Shown in pieces: positions 27,570-38,516 of a DNA stretch of 47,339 nt. Positions within the stretch are counted from its first letter, which is position 1. Each line of letters opens with the position of its first letter. Position numbers and translations under genes: made by a program. Source of the stretch: Bacteroidales bacterium. Lineage in GTDB: Bacteria; Bacteroidota; Bacteroidia; Bacteroidales; Bacteroidaceae. The notes under the pieces are model-generated. The model did no database searches. It worked only from the letters and a program-made list of their open reading frames with translations, and had not been told where the DNA came from. The stretch covers positions 1 to 47,339 of the forward strand of contig JALFTM010000132.1 in NCBI GenBank assembly GCA_022788345.1, in the 5' to 3' direction.

Positions 27570-28877
27570 TTAGCGTCGCATCTCTTCTATAATGGTCTTC
27601 ATACCTTTTATTTTCTCCCCTCTTATAGCCGTAAGGCAACGTTTAAGGGCTTTGCGATCTATGGAAACGTAGGCGTGGTGAGCGGAGAGTTCTATCATGC
27701 CCACTTGGTTCATCTTCAAACCACCTTTCTTGCAAAGAAAGCCTGCAATATCGCCCTTGCTCAATTTATCTTTCTTACCTCTCCCTATATAAATGGTTAC
27801 CCATTCTGGAGCAAAAGGCCGAATCGGTACATCTTCTACACAGAGCGGTTTGGCATGTTCTGCAAACTCAGGTAAATGTTCCTCTACACCAACGATGAGA
27901 AAAGCCTTACCTTCAGCCTCCCAACGGGCAGTACGCCCATTGCGATGTGTAAAAGTTTCTTCATTGTTCGGCAAATGATAATGAATAACGGCAGACACTT
28001 CCGCTATATCCAAACCACGAGCAGCAAGGTCTGTTGCCACAAGAATGTTGCGACACTTCGCTCGAAACTTAAAGAGGGCATGCTCACGATGGTCTTGCTC
28101 CATTCCTCCATGGTAAACCTCTGCACTAAAGCCTTCACCAACCAAATACTTACCAATACGGTCTGCACTCTCGCGATGCCCAACAAACACCATGCTCGAC
28201 TTTGCCCCTAAAGTGGAAAGCAAATGAGCCAGTGTCTCCAGTTTGTCTTTCTGTGGCGCTTTAACGGCATAGAGTTCCAAGCGGTCAGCCATAGGCGATT
28301 TTTCCTCCAAATAGCTAATAATCTCAAGCTTTCCATGCGTGCGCTCTTCTATGAAATCAGGCAAATCTTCTGCAAAAGTAGCAGATGTCAGAACAATTTG
28401 TCGCACTTTCGGAAGTGCTTGAACGATGCTCTCCATTTGCTCTTGAAATCCCAACTCCAGACATTTATCAAACTCGTCCAACACAAGTGTGTCTATGCCC
28501 TCTACGCTGAAATTCTCTTTTTGGATATGATCCAATAAACGCCCCGGAGTTGCAAAAAGAACAGCGGGTTCTATGGCGCGCAATCGGCGGTGTTCATCCA
28601 TTGTAGGCCGTCCTCCATAGAGTGGCAAAGCTTTGTGAGACAAATTCAATGAACGAAAAACAGCTTCGCTTTGCAGAGCGAGTTCGCGCGAAGGTACAAC
28701 CACAGCAATCTGTGGCCGATTATCCGCCCGTAAACGCTCACACAACGGTATCATATAGGCGAGCGTTTTTCCACTCCCCGTAGGAGAGAGCAACATCACA
28801 TTGCTCCCACTTCGCACAGTGGTAATCATCTCTTCTTGCATCGGGCTTAGCCGATCCACAGGTATCTTTATTGTCAT
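27570..28877 (-). CDS. DEAD-box RNA helicase with DbpA-type C-terminal RNA-binding domain
   Basis: SPTGSGKT, PSRELA, TPGRL, DEFD, SAT, ARGLD, HRNGRTAR; C-terminal GKKDKLSKGDIAG. Confidence 0.94.
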   Translation of the reverse strand: MTIKIPVDRLSPMQEEMITTVRSGSNVMLLSPTGSGKTLAYMIPLCERLRADNRPQIAVVVPSRELALQSEAVFRSLNLSHKALPLYGGRPTMDEHRRLRAIEPAVLFATPGRLLDHIQKENFSVEGIDTLVLDEFDKCLELGFQEQMESIVQALPKVRQIVLTSATFAEDLPDFIEERTHGKLEIISYLEEKSPMADRLELYAVKAPQKDKLETLAHLLSTLGAKSSMVFVGHRESADRIGKYLVGEGFSAEVYHGGMEQDHREHALFKFRAKCRNILVATDLAARGLDIAEVSAVIHYHLPNNEETFTHRNGRTARWEAEGKAFLIVGVEEHLPEFAEHAKPLCVEDVPIRPFAPEWVTIYIGRGKKDKLSKGDIAGFLCKKGGLKMNQVGMIELSAHHAYVSIDRKALKRCLTAIRGEKIKGMKTIIEEMRR

Positions 28878-28991
28878 ATTTTTATCAAACGGTTAGAGAG
28901 ATGTGAGAGGGGAAAGTCATGAAAACACAAGGGATAAGTGTTCTTTCAATTAAGAACGCAAACTTTTCCCCTTTTCCTCCCAACAAAAGTA
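28878..28991 (-). promoter_or_regulatory. Promoter TACTTTTG plus ~100-nt structured leader with an 11-aa uORF
   Basis: -7 box at 28984-28991; two alternative partners for AGGGGAAAAGU; uORF 28920-28885 MTFPSHISLTV. Confidence 0.45.
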
Positions 28992-29027
28992 CTATTTTCT
29001 ATGCATATGCTCCTTACGGCAGTCTCC

Positions 29028-29070
29028 CAAAATTCAAAGACCCTCGCACCAACGTGCGAGAGCCTTTGAA
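29028..29070 (-). terminator. Intrinsic terminator of glgP
   Basis: Minus strand UUCAAAGGCUCUCGCAC-GUUG-GUGCGAGGGUCUUUGAA-UUUU; the G-U pairs fix the orientation. Confidence 0.8.
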
Positions 29071-29096
29071 CATTATTTGCCTATGAAGCAAAAGAG

Positions 29097-31655
29097 TTAA
29101 TAGAACCAACGAACGTAACAGAAGTCTTGTCGTGAAGGCAAGTCTTGATGTTTAGGGAACATGCGATAGGCCACTTTTATAGTGCCAGCCACTTCTATCG
29201 CTGTTGTAAGTTGGAAGGTATAGAGTGTGCCCTCACGCTTAATCAACTCCATAGGAATGACCTTTTGAATCACATCCTTGCCATTGATATTCTCAACCAT
29301 CACAAGTTCGATACCAATGGCATCGTCCAATCCAGCTTCATCTATCACATGCGTCACCATGAGTTTCTCACCGCTTGTGACGATACCTGAAGGATCAGGC
29401 ATACGTTCTGAAGATACAACACGGATGCTGTCCCATTTTTCAGCGACATTGGCTTTCCAAGCAGCAATGCCCTTAGCCACTTTGTTATTATTGGCTGAAA
29501 TGTACTTATAGCGAGCAGATTGAGGATTATAGAACTTCTCGTAATAGTCGTCCAACTGACGGCGCATTGTGTAATGAGGAGCAATGCGAGCCATAGAATT
29601 CTTGACGGTCTGAATCCATCCCTCACTATATTCCTTACCTTGGCGATCGAAATAGAGCGGGATAATTTCGGTTTCCAAAAGTTGATATATCGTGCTGGCA
29701 TCAAGACGATCTTGGTACTCTTGGTTGTCATAGGTGCGCTTATCAGTCAAAGCCCAGCCAGCTCCCTCACGATAGCCTTCGTACCACCAACCATCGAGCA
29801 CAGAAAGGTTTACAACACCATTCATCAAAGCTTTTTCACCAGATGTTCCACTGGCTTCCAAAGGACGAGTTGGAGTGTTCATCCAAATGTCCACGCCACT
29901 GATAAGACGACGTGCCAACTGCATATCGTAGTCTTCCAAGAAGATAATTTTCCCGATGAACTCAGGGCGTTGTGAGATCTCGTAGATGTACTTAATCAAT
30001 CCTTGGCCTGCGCCGTCTGCGGGGTGAGCCTTACCGGCAAAGAGGAATTGGACTGGACGCTCAGGGTCATTCACAATTTTTGCCAAGCGCTCAAGGTCTG
30101 TGAAGAGGAGATGAGCGCGCTTATAGGTGGCAAAGCGACGTGCAAAACCTATCAATAAAGCGTTTGGATTGATCTTGTCAAGGAGCGACATTACACGGCT
30201 GGGATCGCCTTGGTTCTTGAGCCAGTTATCTTTGAAGCGACCACGAATATACTTGACAAGCTTGTTCTTTAAGTGCACACGAGTTGCCCAAACATCTTCA
30301 TCCGCAACATCATAAATTTTCTGCCAAGCTTCTTCCGTAGCTTGCTTGTTCAAGAAGTCTTTTCCAAAGTTCTTTTCAAACACAGCCTTCCATTCTTTGG
30401 CACTCCATGTAGGAAGATGCACACCATTGGTCACATAGCCAACATGGTTTTCTTCAGGAAAATAGCCTTGCCAAATGTCATTGAACATCTGCTGACTGAC
30501 CTTTCCATGCAACCAGCTCACACCATTGACCTCTTGGCAAGTCTTACAAAGGAAGGTGCTCATGCAGAACTTTTCCTCATGGTTGTCAGGGTTTGTGCGT
30601 CCCAAGCCCATAAACTCTTCCCAGCTGATGCCAAGTTTCTCAGCGTAGCCTCCGAGATAACGACCAAAGAGACTTTCTTCGAAATAATCGTGCCCTGCAG
30701 GAACGGGAGTGTGAACAGTGTAGAGCGAAGAGGCGCGCACAAGTTCAAGCGCTTCATCAAAGTTCAAGCCAGTGTTGACGTAATCGACCAAGCGTTGCAC
30801 ATTACAAAGCGCAGCATGTCCCTCGTTGCAGTGGTAAATATCTTTCTTGATACCCATGGCCTCCAATGCCAACATGCCACCAATACCCAACAAAAATTCT
30901 TGTTTGATACGATTTTCCCAGTCACCACCATAAAGCGAGTGGGTGATGGAACGATCGTAATCGGCATTCAAGTCCACGTCTGTGTCGAGGAGGAAAAGCT
31001 TAATACGGCCAACGTTCACCTGCCAAACAGCAGCATAGACATCACGACCTGGGAATGGCACACGAATTGTCAAATGGTTGCCCTGTTCGTCCTTGACACG
31101 CACAACAGGAATATGATCAAACTCGGTGGCATTATAATTGGCTATTTGCTGGCCATCAAGTGACAATGATTGTGAAAAATAGCCATAGCGATAGAGAAAT
31201 CCTACAGCACAGAGGTCCACATTGCTGTCACTGGCTTCTTTCAAATAATCGCCTGCAAGAACACCCAAACCGCCTGAATAAATCTTCAAGATATGGCTCA
31301 AGCCATATTCCATGCAGAAGTAGGCTACAGAGGCACGCTCCGTATTGGGTTTCTCATCCATATAAGCACGGAAAGTCTTATAGGTTGCAGTCATTTGCTT
31401 CATAAACTCTTTGTCCTTACTCAAGGCATTGAGTTTGTCGTAATCCATGGTGGCAAGCAACTCTACAGGGTTGCGATTAACATCCTTAAAGCCTTGGCGA
31501 TCTACTGCGGCAAATACGTCTTGCCCTTCTTGGTTCCAAGTCCACCAAAGGTTATGCGCCATCTCGTTAAGAGGTTGCAACGCTTCAGGGATATCGGCTT
31601 TTACCGTGATGGTATGCCAATTAGGCTGATTTGCATTGCTTACTTTTACTTTCAT
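29097..31655 (-). CDS. glgP: Alpha-glucan (glycogen) phosphorylase
   Basis: [43 protein letters not shown] (PLP lysine). Confidence 0.97.
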   Translation of the reverse strand: MKVKVSNANQPNWHTITVKADIPEALQPLNEMAHNLWWTWNQEGQDVFAAVDRQGFKDVNRNPVELLATMDYDKLNALSKDKEFMKQMTATYKTFRAYMDEKPNTERASVAYFCMEYGLSHILKIYSGGLGVLAGDYLKEASDSNVDLCAVGFLYRYGYFSQSLSLDGQQIANYNATEFDHIPVVRVKDEQGNHLTIRVPFPGRDVYAAVWQVNVGRIKLFLLDTDVDLNADYDRSITHSLYGGDWENRIKQEFLLGIGGMLALEAMGIKKDIYHCNEGHAALCNVQRLVDYVNTGLNFDEALELVRASSLYTVHTPVPAGHDYFEESLFGRYLGGYAEKLGISWEEFMGLGRTNPDNHEEKFCMSTFLCKTCQEVNGVSWLHGKVSQQMFNDIWQGYFPEENHVGYVTNGVHLPTWSAKEWKAVFEKNFGKDFLNKQATEEAWQKIYDVADEDVWATRVHLKNKLVKYIRGRFKDNWLKNQGDPSRVMSLLDKINPNALLIGFARRFATYKRAHLLFTDLERLAKIVNDPERPVQFLFAGKAHPADGAGQGLIKYIYEISQRPEFIGKIIFLEDYDMQLARRLISGVDIWMNTPTRPLEASGTSGEKALMNGVVNLSVLDGWWYEGYREGAGWALTDKRTYDNQEYQDRLDASTIYQLLETEIIPLYFDRQGKEYSEGWIQTVKNSMARIAPHYTMRRQLDDYYEKFYNPQSARYKYISANNNKVAKGIAAWKANVAEKWDSIRVVSSERMPDPSGIVTSGEKLMVTHVIDEAGLDDAIGIELVMVENINGKDVIQKVIPMELIKREGTLYTFQLTTAIEVAGTIKVAYRMFPKHQDLPSRQDFCYVRWFY

Positions 31656-31702
31656 AACTATCTATATAAAATTGTATGTGATTATCTAAGTTGTCTTCAC
31701 GT

Positions 31703-33373
31703 CTACTTAGAGGCATATGCATAGGCCTCGTAATAGTACGTGATAAAGTTTTTCCATTCTGCTTGTGCAGCCAATGTCTTTGCGGCACGACGAATGGGCG
31801 TTAATTTCGTTTTTGGCAACTGCAAAAGATGGGCGATGGTTTCTGTTATCTCCGTTGCAAGCGCATGATAGTTGCTATCATCGCGATGCAATACAGCCAC
31901 TCCATCTTCAATAGTACCTGTGTGTCCAACAACTTCGTTGACCCACTGCCCAAACCCTGAAAGGTTAGTTGTCACCGTAGGAATGGAGAATGCACAGCTC
32001 TCTAAGGGAGTGTAGCCCCAAGGTTCGTAGTAGGAAGGGTAGACACACAGGTCGTTGCCTGCGAGCAAATTATAGTAGGGCGTATCGAAGATGCCATCTT
32101 TTCCCTCTAAGTAGGAAGGAATGAGCAATACTTTCACTGGTGAATTGTCCTCATTGGTCAATGCCAGCTCCTGCATCATGCGTACAATACGATCGTCCGA
32201 GAAATTGTGCAAATCGTGTGTCAAGAAAGGATGAGGCAAAGCTGTTGTCGCTTCTTGATCACTCGCAAGGCGTGCTTGCAAATCGGTGCGTGGACCAGAA
32301 ACCCAGCAAGGGACTTCGATAAGTGCTAATACATGTTTGTGCTTACCCAAAGTCTTTGGTTGCTCTGCAACAAGCGTTTTCAGTTGGGCTATAGCCTGCA
32401 TATAGACATCAAAGCCTTTACAACGGAAATCGTTGCGACCGCTTGTTGAAAGGATGAATGTGGTGTCGTCCAAAGCAACACCTGTCAATGCAGAAGCAAC
32501 ACGCAACAATTTTGCACGCGATTCCTTTACCATTCTTGTAAGACCAGCACCTTTGGGTACAAAACCTGCTTCAAAGCCATTAGGCAAAACAACATCGGCA
32601 GGCTTGTCCAAGAGTTGCGCACATTCCTTGTCGGTAAATCGGCTCACTGTGGTAAAACAATCGCAATACAACGCACTTTGCTTCTCTATGCTATGCTTTG
32701 CTTCCATGTTGAGCTCACGTGCCATTTGATCACCATTATAACCAGAAAAATACTCATAGAGATTTTTGTTATTGGTGGTAATGGAGCGACCAATAGAAGT
32801 GGCATGTGTTGTAAAAATCGTTTTCACCCAAGGCAAATGATGCTTCAAGAAAAGCATGCCTAAGCCCGACATCCATTCATGAGCTTGATAAACGATATGA
32901 CTCTTTCTATCGTAGAACGCAGCACTAATGATTTCGGCAAATCGTCCTGCCGCAAAAGAGAACATGGAAGCCTCATCATAGTCGCCATAAGCGTGAAGCG
33001 AATCTACACCAAAAAGTTGCCAAGCTTGTTCATAAATGGCATTCTTTTTCTCATAATATTTTGTAAAATCGATCAGTACTGCAATAGGCTCTCCCGGCAC
33101 ATTCCAACGTCCGATACGCACTTTCAGACCATTTTCTGCTGCTTGCGTCTTCCATTCAGGTAAAAGTGCAGTATCCTCCACAAAATAAGGTGAAGGATTT
33201 TCACCCCATATATCTGGTCCTAAAAAGACAAGACGTCCTGCACCTGCTTGTTTATAAGCATCGCAGAGCGTCTTTGCACGTGTAGATAGCACGGTATAAA
33301 TACCCCCCACTTTGTTACAAACTTCCCAACTGGCCTCAAAAATCAAATCAGGAAGCACTTTTTTCTTCTTCAT
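31703..33373 (-). CDS. Glycogen synthase, GT3 family
   Basis: WEVCNKVGGIYTVL, AHEWM, FTTHAT, YYEPWGYTPLE. Confidence 0.92.
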   Translation of the reverse strand: MKKKKVLPDLIFEASWEVCNKVGGIYTVLSTRAKTLCDAYKQAGAGRLVFLGPDIWGENPSPYFVEDTALLPEWKTQAAENGLKVRIGRWNVPGEPIAVLIDFTKYYEKKNAIYEQAWQLFGVDSLHAYGDYDEASMFSFAAGRFAEIISAAFYDRKSHIVYQAHEWMSGLGMLFLKHHLPWVKTIFTTHATSIGRSITTNNKNLYEYFSGYNGDQMARELNMEAKHSIEKQSALYCDCFTTVSRFTDKECAQLLDKPADVVLPNGFEAGFVPKGAGLTRMVKESRAKLLRVASALTGVALDDTTFILSTSGRNDFRCKGFDVYMQAIAQLKTLVAEQPKTLGKHKHVLALIEVPCWVSGPRTDLQARLASDQEATTALPHPFLTHDLHNFSDDRIVRMMQELALTNEDNSPVKVLLIPSYLEGKDGIFDTPYYNLLAGNDLCVYPSYYEPWGYTPLESCAFSIPTVTTNLSGFGQWVNEVVGHTGTIEDGVAVLHRDDSNYHALATEITETIAHLLQLPKTKLTPIRRAAKTLAAQAEWKNFITYYYEAYAYASK

Positions 33374-33431
33374 CTTATCTCCTCAAAAATTCAACAGATA
33401 CTTTGATTTACAAAGGGTTTTATACCCTATG

Positions 33432-33439
33432 CAAAGGTA
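33432..33439 (-). promoter_or_regulatory. -7 box TACCTTTG for the glycogen synthase-glgP operon
   Basis: Exact TAnnTTTG 58 nt upstream of the ATG. Confidence 0.6.
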
Positions 33440-33740
33440 GTATTTTATCTCGTAACCACCGCATTTATACTGCATTTTTTGCTATGTTTTCACAAGCTAT
33501 CGTGCTCATTGTCAAGCTAAGTTTACAACTCGCGCTTTTAACGTCCTTTGTTTTCCTTTATCTCTCTTCTCGAAGACACAATCGCACAGCTTGAAAAATA
33601 ACATTTAGAGAGTTAATTTAACACGAGCACCTTTCACTGAATACCTCTCCGCCTTGCTATTTTGTCTTCCTACGCCACTTGAAACTTGACGAAGCGCAAG
33701 AAAAATTCCTATGTCACGCCTCTTCATCTCCCCTTTATAG

Positions 33741-33827
33741 ATAAAAAGAAGGAGAAATTGAACCGCTTTTCAACTTCTCCCTCCTTTGCTTTTTGCAAAG
33801 ATAACATCTAAAACTTCTTCGTCCAAA
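33741..33827 (-). ncRNA. Candidate ~50-nt small RNA unit B (promoter followed directly by terminator)
   Basis: Minus strand TTTG (33827-33824), 20-nt spacer, TATCTTTG (33803-33796), then 12-bp stem GGAGAAGUUGAA/UUCAAUUUCUCC and UUCUUUUU. The G-U pair forms only on the minus strand. Confidence 0.55.
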
Positions 33828-34022
33828 TAAAGTTGTTCTAAAACCTAAAAGACAGCATCGCTTTTTAAGATTTTGCCTTTTCTCCTCTCTCGTCTCCATC
33901 ATCAGAGCAAGTAGTCAAGCGCCAATCACACAACAAAAGCATAACACATTGACAGACAATAAATAAAGCCACTTCATTAGAACTTATAGAGGAATGAAGA
34001 TGGTTATTTCATTAGAAAAGTG

Positions 34023-34030
34023 TATTTTTG
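34023..34030 (+). promoter_or_regulatory. -7 box TATTTTTG
   Basis: Exact TAnnTTTG 22 nt upstream of ATG 34053. Confidence 0.6.
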
Positions 34031-34052
34031 CAGTACATATATAGTATAACCA

Positions 34053-34691
34053 ATGAACATCCTTAACAAAATATTCAAAGGCAAAGCATCTGAAGCCGAA
34101 AAAGGTTGGCGCACGGGTGGCATGGAAGATTTCATGACCCTTATCCGTGTTTATTATCAAGCACTTATGGCCTCCAATCTTGGCATCAGCAACATCGCTC
34201 AATTTCCCGACCTCCGCATTTTTAAGACAACGTTGCGTGTCCCAACCATCAACAATAAGCTGGGACTTGGAGAGAAGAAACAATGCAAAAAAATGCTCCA
34301 AGAGATCTATGGATTGAGCGACAATTTCTTCAAAGAGATTGATCAAAGCGTACGCAACAACTGCAAAAATCCGCAGGCGATGCAAAAATATCTTTTCCAA
34401 TTCCAAGGCTTCTCCCAAGAGCTTATGATGGTAATGGGTAACTTGATGAAATGGAAATTCCGTCTGCCCTCTTTCCTCAAAGGAACGCTACGCAACCTTA
34501 CAGCCAAGCAAATCAACGACTTAATGACCAAGGACAACTGGAACGACCCCAGCGTGGCACGTGCCGTTCACAGCATTCGACAAGGTGCAAAGTCTTTGAA
34601 TTACAGCTCGGATTGGATGACTGAATATGTCTACAACGTTGTACTCTTGGCCAAGAAAGAGCCGAAGCCTCAAGACACCGAGGAAAAATAA
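34053..34691 (+). CDS. Hypothetical protein
   Basis: 212-aa ORF with its own promoter box and A-rich initiation region; no motif recognised. Confidence 0.8.
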   Translation: MNILNKIFKGKASEAEKGWRTGGMEDFMTLIRVYYQALMASNLGISNIAQFPDLRIFKTTLRVPTINNKLGLGEKKQCKKMLQEIYGLSDNFFKEIDQSVRNNCKNPQAMQKYLFQFQGFSQELMMVMGNLMKWKFRLPSFLKGTLRNLTAKQINDLMTKDNWNDPSVARAVHSIRQGAKSLNYSSDWMTEYVYNVVLLAKKEPKPQDTEEK

Positions 34692-34771
34692 GCTGGGTAA
34701 TATACTTTTCACTTAGAGGGCAGAACAAACTCCCTCTACATACAACGTTCAAGATAAGCATTTCTTAAGTT

Positions 34772-35065
34772 ATGACAAAAGACGAAGCCACTCTGCTCCA
34801 TCGCTTAGAGACACAAGTGCGCCTCCTGCTCCAACGCTACAAAGAATTGGAGGTCCTTTGTCATACCCTACAAACAGAAAAAGTACAGTTGCAACAGCAA
34901 CTGGCAGATACCCAAAAAGAGTCGGCTCAATTGCGCGAGGATTTGAGCAAACTCAAAATGGCCAAGATTCTCGAAGTGACAGACACAGATGTCAAGGACA
35001 CTCGCAACAGAGTAAACAAACTCATCCGAGAGGTCGATAAGTGTATCGCTTTGTTGAACATTTAA
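34772..35065 (+). CDS. Coiled-coil protein, ZapB-like
   Basis: Heptad pattern, C-terminal LIREVDKCIALL, immediately upstream of zapA. Confidence 0.7.
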   Translation: MTKDEATLLHRLETQVRLLLQRYKELEVLCHTLQTEKVQLQQQLADTQKESAQLREDLSKLKMAKILEVTDTDVKDTRNRVNKLIREVDKCIALLNI

Positions 35066-35075
35066 GCAATAAGCC

Positions 35076-35387
35076 ATGTCACAAGACGAGAAAATTTCCA
35101 TCAAACTCCTGATAGGCAAGCAAATCCATCACATCATTGTTCCCCTTCAGAAAGAGGCTATTTTTCGCCGTGCAGCGGAGAATATCAACAATGTCTTGGC
35201 CAAATATGAAATGGCCTATCCTAACCAAAATGCAGAACGCTATTTTTCCAGCGCCATTTTGCAATTTGCCGTAAGTGCCTTAGAACTGGAAGAAAGAAAC
35301 AATACCACCCCTTTCTGCGAAAGTATCGCTGCACTGACAGAAGAGATTGAAGCCACCTTGAACAATCCGCCCAAAGACATCGTTTAG
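35076..35387 (+). CDS. zapA: Cell division protein ZapA
   Basis: ISIKLLIG...EAIFRRAAENIN pattern, size, and position before rny. Confidence 0.8.
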   Translation: MSQDEKISIKLLIGKQIHHIIVPLQKEAIFRRAAENINNVLAKYEMAYPNQNAERYFSSAILQFAVSALELEERNNTTPFCESIAALTEEIEATLNNPPKDIV

Positions 35388-35453
35388 GCCTCCTGACATA
35401 TCCCGTTGAACTACAACGATTTTATCATAAACATCACATAGCAATCATTCATA

Positions 35454-36992
35454 ATGAACATAACAACACTATCCCTTCTCCTTGTCGCTTTAATCGTAGG
35501 TTGCGGTTTAGGATATGGCATCTTCCGCTATCTTCTTAATCGAAAATACACGCTGATGCTTGACGAGGCACAACAGCAAGCAGAAGTCATCAAAACTCAA
35601 AAGATACTCGAAGCCAAAGAACGCTATCTTAACGAAAAGTCGCAACTTGAGAGCGAGGCGCAACAGCGCAATCAAAAAATTGCCCAAGCCGAGAACAAAA
35701 TCAAACAGCGTGAGCTTTCTATCAACCAAAAGCAGGAAGAAATCAATCGTCGCAAATCGGAGTTAGATGCCACGGAGAAGCAACTAGACCAAAAGAAGCA
35801 TGCTTTGACACAACGCGAAGAGGAAATTGAGCGTAGTCAACAACTGCAAATAAAGAAGCTGGAAGAAATAAGCAGTCTCTCCGCTGAAGAGGCAAAGAAA
35901 GAACTTATCGAATCGCTCAAAGCTGAAGCACGCACCAATGCCCAATCGTACATCAACGAAGTTATTGATGACGCTAAGATGACCGCCAACCGCGAGGCCA
36001 AGAAAATTGTCATCCAGAGTATTCAACGTGTAGCTACAGAAACTGCGATAGAGAATAGTGTTACTGTTTTCCACATCGACAACGATGAAGTCAAAGGACG
36101 CATCATTGGACGTGAAGGTCGTAACATCCGTGCCATTGAAGCTGCCACGGGCGTTGAAATTGTAGTTGATGACACCCCTGAAGCCATCGTTATCTCAGCC
36201 TTTGACCCCGTGCGTCGAGAAGTTTGTCGCTTAGCGTTGCACCAGCTTATCACCGATGGTCGTATCCATCCTGCTCGCATCGAAGAAGTTGTAGCAAAAG
36301 TAAAGAAGCAAGTCGATGAAGAAATCATTGAAACAGGAAAGCGCACAGCCATTGACCTCGGCATCCATGGCCTGCACCCAGAGCTTATCCGCATTGTCGG
36401 CAAAATGAAATACCGCTCCTCCTATGGACAAAACCTTTTGCAACACTCGCGCGAAACAGCCAACCTCTGTGCCATCATGGCTGCAGAGTTAGGACTCAAT
36501 CCCAAGAAAGCCAAACGCGCAGGCCTTCTACACGACATCGGTAAAGTACCTGATGAAGAAACAGAACTTCCACACGCCCTTTACGGTGCAAAGATTGCTG
36601 AGAAGTTCAAAGAAAAGCCTGATGTCGTAAACGCCATAGGGGCACACCACGATGAAATGGAGATGACTTCTCTCATTGCGCCAATCGTTCAAGTTTGCGA
36701 TGCTATTAGTGGTGCACGTCCTGGCGCACGTCGTGAGATTGTAGAGGCCTATATCAAGCGCCTCAACGATTTGGAGAGCATTGCTGCCAGCTACCCAGAG
36801 GTAACTAAGACATATGCCATCCAAGCAGGCCGAGAATTACGCGTTATTGTTGGCGCTGACAAAATTGACGACAAGCAAATTGAAAGTTTGAGCAATAACA
36901 TCGCCAAACGCATTCAAGACGAAATTACTTATCCCGGGCAAGTCAAGATTACTGTTATCCGAGAAACACGATCCGTTAGCTTTGCTAAATAG
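35454..36992 (+). CDS. rny: Ribonuclease Y
   Basis: N-terminal TM, coiled coil, KH domain [15 protein letters not shown] motif [18 protein letters not shown]. Confidence 0.97.
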   Translation: MNITTLSLLLVALIVGCGLGYGIFRYLLNRKYTLMLDEAQQQAEVIKTQKILEAKERYLNEKSQLESEAQQRNQKIAQAENKIKQRELSINQKQEEINRRKSELDATEKQLDQKKHALTQREEEIERSQQLQIKKLEEISSLSAEEAKKELIESLKAEARTNAQSYINEVIDDAKMTANREAKKIVIQSIQRVATETAIENSVTVFHIDNDEVKGRIIGREGRNIRAIEAATGVEIVVDDTPEAIVISAFDPVRREVCRLALHQLITDGRIHPARIEEVVAKVKKQVDEEIIETGKRTAIDLGIHGLHPELIRIVGKMKYRSSYGQNLLQHSRETANLCAIMAAELGLNPKKAKRAGLLHDIGKVPDEETELPHALYGAKIAEKFKEKPDVVNAIGAHHDEMEMTSLIAPIVQVCDAISGARPGARREIVEAYIKRLNDLESIAASYPEVTKTYAIQAGRELRVIVGADKIDDKQIESLSNNIAKRIQDEITYPGQVKITVIRETRSVSFAK

Positions 36993-37017
36993 CGCCTTTG
37001 CCCGCTAACATCTATCT

Positions 37018-38508
37018 ATGAAACTAACCAATCTTCTTATTGCGCTTGCACTTTGTCCTTTTATAAGAGGGCATTTGCAAGCGCAATCAGCTTTGAAACG
37101 CTCATTACAATCTGCCAACTACAAGGCAGAACTTCGTGCTACACTCTCCTCCCATCAGACTCCGTTGTGGCTCAATGCTAATCGACATGGTCTATCAAGC
37201 GTCAGCGGAGACGATGGATATTTGCGACTTGCATTAGCACATGAGAATGAGCAAGACATAACCCACAACTGGCACGTTGGATATAGCGTCGATTTTGCCT
37301 TAGCCAAAGGCTTTACGAGCAAATTTGTGTTGCAGCAACTTTATGCCACCCTCGCTTACAAAAATGTTCGCTTAACAATCGGGAGCAAAGAGCGACCTGC
37401 CGAGCTCAAACACCCATTACTTTCATCGGGAAGTCAAACTTTTGGCACTAATGCTCGCCCAATTCCCCAATTGCGCATTGAAACCCCCAACTACATCCGA
37501 CTCTTCAAGAACAATGATTGGATAAAGTTTAAGGGGCACTTCTCGTATGGTTTCTTCACGGATGCTACATTCCAAAAGCAATATGTTCAGAATGTAGAAG
37601 GTCGCCATACTACAGGCGCACTCTATCATGCCAAGGCAGGCTATTTACGATTAGGAAATGAGCAACGCTTCCCACTTGTTTTTGAAGGGGGCTTAGAGAT
37701 GGCTTCTGTCTTTGGGGGCACAATTCATTACAATAAGTCTAACACACAACTTAAAATGCCAACGGGGATTGGCACTGCCTTAAAAGCCATTTATGGCGGT
37801 GGCAGTGACCCTACCGACGGCCCATACGACAACGTTGGTGGGAATATGCTGGGGAGCTGGATATTCAGTTTGAGCTATCAGCAAAAGGATTGGAAAGTGC
37901 GTGCTTACTTTGATCACTTCTTTGAAGATCACTCCCAGCTGTTCTTCCAATATGCTTGGAAAGATGGTTTGATGGGATTAGAAATAACACCTCCCAAGAA
38001 TAAAGTGTTCAATGCCCTCGTCTACGAGTTTATCAGTACCCGCGACCAAACAGGCGCAATACTCCACAACAGGACTTCCACTCTCCCCTATCAAATTAGC
38101 GGTGGAGACAACTACTACAACCATGGTCTTTACCTCGGCTGGCAACATTGGGGACAGGCCATAGGCAACCCTCTTTATTATAGTCCGCTCTATAAAAATA
38201 ATGGAAGCTTAACCTTTGACAATCGCTTTCGAGGACATCACGTGGGCATATCGGGACAGCCAACAAACGCACTCTCATATCGCCTCCTATTCTCCCATAC
38301 AAAGAACTGGGGCACGCATGAAATGGCTTATCCTGAACCTCAACACAAGAACAGCCTGTTTGCAGAGCTGAACTATGGCATTAGCAATCCAACATCTCCC
38401 CTCCATGGTTGGAATGCCACTTTAGGCATCGGACATGATGGAGGCAATCAACACGGACGGAGTTTTGGGGTTTGTCTAACGATTAGTAAAACTGGAATCT
38501 TATTCTAA
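37018..38508 (+). CDS. Capsule assembly Wzi-like outer-membrane beta-barrel
   Basis: Signal peptide, PLWLNANRHG, NARPIPQ, HFFEDHS, DNYYNH, terminal Phe. Confidence 0.8.
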   Translation: MKLTNLLIALALCPFIRGHLQAQSALKRSLQSANYKAELRATLSSHQTPLWLNANRHGLSSVSGDDGYLRLALAHENEQDITHNWHVGYSVDFALAKGFTSKFVLQQLYATLAYKNVRLTIGSKERPAELKHPLLSSGSQTFGTNARPIPQLRIETPNYIRLFKNNDWIKFKGHFSYGFFTDATFQKQYVQNVEGRHTTGALYHAKAGYLRLGNEQRFPLVFEGGLEMASVFGGTIHYNKSNTQLKMPTGIGTALKAIYGGGSDPTDGPYDNVGGNMLGSWIFSLSYQQKDWKVRAYFDHFFEDHSQLFFQYAWKDGLMGLEITPPKNKVFNALVYEFISTRDQTGAILHNRTSTLPYQISGGDNYYNHGLYLGWQHWGQAIGNPLYYSPLYKNNGSLTFDNRFRGHHVGISGQPTNALSYRLLFSHTKNWGTHEMAYPEPQHKNSLFAELNYGISNPTSPLHGWNATLGIGHDGGNQHGRSFGVCLTISKTGILF

Positions 38509-38516
38509 CACACACT

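Noticed and set aside
30273-31163. 296-aa ORF antisense to glgP, and similar antisense ORFs within glgB, ligA and rny
   Set aside because: Fully nested opposite well-supported genes; explained by codon bias
35388-35453. 6S RNA, often found after zapA in other phyla
   Set aside because: The gap is only 66 nt and has no long hairpin
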